From assembly GCA_030704615.1 (NCBI GenBank), contig CM060733.1, forward strand, positions 49,228,001 through 49,292,000: a stretch of DNA of 64,000 nucleotides, read 5' to 3'. Position 1 is the stretch's first letter. Each line of letters starts with the position of its first letter. The notes under the pieces are model-generated. The model was not told the DNA's origin. It saw only the letters and a list, made by a program, of their open reading frames with translations, and ran no database searches. The translations under genes were made by a program, and so were the position numbers. Below are positions 60,946-64,000 of this stretch, one piece after another. This stretch comes from Takakia lepidozioides. Taxonomy: Eukaryota > Plantae > Bryophyta.

Positions 60946-63900
60946 CACTAGAAGAAAAAATAGCTTTTTCCACGGCTTTTTTCACACTTTTTTCCGTGGA
61001 ATCCGCCCCAGTCCACACCTGCCGTGGGTGTAAGAAACGACGAGTGCTTTCGGACACCCCGTGGACGGCCTGGCTCTCGGGTGGCCCTGTGGAAAAGTCC
61101 ACGGGTGGCTGAATCCACGGGTGGCCTTTTTCACGGGGTTCATGGCTTTTTCCACGAGCGACGTGTGCTTTGGCGAACACCGCCACGTGGATCGTAGATG
61201 TACAAAGGTGTGGACTTGTCCACACCTACGGGAAAACCATGCGACTGTCTGTCACCAGGGTTTCACGACATCTGGGCAACGGTGTGTGCAACACGTGTAT
61301 TTTTGTGGGGATGACACGTGTATGGAGACAAAGAGGCAATGTGCACTTATGTGGAGCGGACATCTGGCGTGGCATGTGGGTGTGAAAAAAGCCATTCGGT
61401 GTGAGACCATCCACTGGCTGTTTTCACAGCTTCAGCAAGTTTGGGGGCCACGTGTTCCATGGCAAACACCGCCACGTGGATCCTAAACGTACAAAGGGTG
61501 TGGACTTGTCCACATCTACGGGAAAATGATGCGACACCCTGTTACCTGGGCTTGACGACATGTGGGCAACGGTATGGGCAACGCGTGTATTTTGGAGAGG
61601 ACGGCACGTGGCGTAATCTGCATGGAGTGGGTGTGTAGTATTTTACTGCCTATACTGTAGGTCATTCCACATAGCCACAGGAGCATACCATAGTGGGTCT
61701 GAAATATTCTACTGCTGATGTTGTAGGTCATTCCACAAAAATGTGGAAGATGCCACAGGCAAGCTACGGTTGATTTCACATATTTGTGACGTCATGGTGT
61801 GCACAATTATTCCATAGGCATCATGATCATATCACAAATCGTGATACTGTCCACACTGTCAGTTTCACAGTCCATGTGAAATATGACTCATATACATAAA
61901 CACAATTCCAAAGCACCGCGGCAACAACCTGCTCATGACATGTACAATTGACTAAGCATGGCCAGAACAACAGAAAGAATGACCAGATGCAAGGGTGCTT
62001 CAAAGTTGGGTACGCCCTTCATTGCCCAAATAAAGTTTAGTCTGAACATGCAAGTATTGCAGAGTCTGCACTGCTCATCACAACCCCACAATGTACCCAA
62101 ATCCTACATTGATGCGCACAATCACGAAAAAAAGGTGAAATCGATATGAAGTGGCGTTCAGTCAAAATTGCCTTCAAATTGATGGTCCCCCACAACCTCA
62201 TGTTCGGGTCAGTTTGAGGAACTTGGCAGACCACAGGGCCGTGCTGCCTACAGTGTCACTGAGCATCACAATGGGAGGCCTAACATCATTGTTGGGGTAT
62301 GGTAGAGCAACATCTGCCCCATGTACTGATTCAACCGAGACAACATGATAATCGGCATGAACGACATAAGCCAGCCAGTCAGTCGACATGCCCAATATAT
62401 GGCCCACGCCTGCCTTCCGTTTGGGTGCATTGGGGTCAAACATTGTGACCTTGTCACCAACCTGAAACTGGGACAGCCAACACCACCAATGTGTGCCCTT
62501 GTCATTTGTTATGCACATGCAACAGTTATGGACAGGGAAAACGTGAGATGCCATCATATAGCCCTACAAACAAAATACGGATGTACTTCCACGAAGGAAA
62601 ACTTACAACAGGTGCCGGCGCTTTGAAGCTTCCCATACGGCTCCCATCAACGTTGCTGGCAGCAAGTCTTGCGGACTTCTTCCTCATCTTCACCGCAACA
62701 ATTTCCTTTGGTGGCTTCTGAATCAATAGAAACCCACACATGTACACAGAAGTCATGAACGGCCTGCAGGTATTGCATAATCGACTTGGAACAGCACAAG
62801 AATATAGGAACACGAGTACTTACCTTCCGTACAACGGCCAATTTTGTTGTTGAATCAATGTTCTTCCCTGCTCCAACAATAACCACTCCTGTGCCCTTAG
62901 CCCCTGCCCCTATGTCTTGGGCACTCTGTCTAAGTTCACTGCCGGTGTGATCCTCCACTACAGGCACTCCCTTCTCAATAAGGGGGGATAGGTCATCATT
63001 GGCACCATAATTAAGGCAAGGATCGTCACATGCCATGTTCTGAACTTTGTTCTCACCTGTGGCATCTTCTTCCACAATACTGCCCCCTTTCCTTTGTCCA
63101 CTGCCTCCACTGCTAGGAGGCTGCTCACCTGTACTTGTCATTTCCACAGTAGTCGCAGGTGGGACAACACCATGATCAGGGGGCAACAACTCACACACAA
63201 TGTTTGATGTTGATGGAGATTCATCCCTCGGCAGGTCCAAACCGAGCTTCGCTGCCAATGCCATGTTGAACTTGTCTGTCTTAGATACTGCAGCGGCAAA
63301 CATGGATTTCACTATCTGCAATTCCAATTTGTGCTCCATTGAGCTGGCCTCCATTGTATGTTTCCAGCCTTCCAAGCCATCAAGCTGAGAAGCCAATGCT
63401 CCAAGGCCCTGCCACAAAAAGAGTGCAAATACGATTCAATACATCTATCGCACTAGCCATGCGAGGTAATTTATTGGACAACAACACAGGAAGGCAAAAC
63501 CATAAATAATTGACAAGCACATCATTGCAACAAATGCAGGTGGGTTAGTTACTTACAGATCGGGTGGCCCCTGCTGAATCAGAACCATACCCCTTGTTGC
63601 TATTCTTGCTCCCCGAAATTTCGGATAGAAGTGGAGGACGACCACTTGTCTTAGCCTACACATGGACAGGATATGGGATATTAGTGCCATCCTCTAAGAG
63701 TAAGATACAAATGACAAGACACCTCACTACCTGAATATATTGGCAATGTCATGAGACAGGCAGATTTACCAGACATTCCTAAACGCCGCTAAGGCCACTG
63801 CGTCAGATCTCGAAGGGGCACCAACATGCCCTCGTGCATGCTTGCCATTATCACGACTCTTTTGCCATTCGGGCGTGTTCCAATGCCTCACTAATTCTGC

Positions 63901-64000
63901 CCAAGTCTTGTCCGCAACATAGTGGGGCTTAGGTTTGCCACGGGAGTACACTTTTCTAAACAGTTTGATGCGCTGGTATTTAATGACGCCTCCAATCTCA
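60946..64000 (-). mobile_element. CACTA element, 3' portion (continues beyond the window)
   Basis: CACTAGAAG terminus, CCACGG/CCGTGG subterminal repeats, TnpA-like exons. Confidence 0.9.
62198..64000 (-). CDS. CACTA TnpA-like gene, 3' exons (Transposase_24-like and Tnp1-like C-terminal domain), partial
   Basis: TWAELVRHWNTPEWQ...; C-terminal VGDKVTMF..AGVGHI..VVSVESV..VALPYP..LSDTVGSTALW. Confidence 0.7.

Noticed and set aside
60667-60951. Plus-strand FSFSFS / LLLL hydrophobic ORFs
   Set aside because: They are the antisense shadow of the KEKEKD low-complexity stretch in the minus-strand cargo gene.

Overview
This is eukaryotic, transposon-saturated DNA, probably from a seed-free land plant (spliceosomal introns, PLS-type PPR remnants, CACTA, Ty3/gypsy and Mutator-like elements). 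I see no intact host gene. The main result is a large Mutator-like (MULE) DNA transposon family. It pairs a GCM/WRKY-like-DDE-SWIM transposase head-to-head with a 10-exon, ~1,490-aa cargo gene that fuses a ParB/Srx-like domain (DGNHR) to a beta-class N6A/N4C DNA-methyltransferase-like domain (DIPDG ... ILDLTCGTG). Its non-coding DNA (intergenic spacer, one intron, subterminal region) is packed with arrays of one 28-bp palindrome, GATGGAAATTCGGCGCCGAATTTCCATC, or close variants of it. Two near-identical copies lie in inverted orientation: A at <1-9989, and B at 28325-48507, which is truncated and split by a full-length 13.3-kb gypsy element with TSD GTTCG. A diverged second subfamily is represented by a transposase (12013-15520) and an MTase-like gene (58700-60945) with conserved intron positions. 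The rest is nested gypsy copies with extra ORFs, CACTA pieces and a PPR-derived satellite. All domain calls are by-eye motif recognition; no searches were run.
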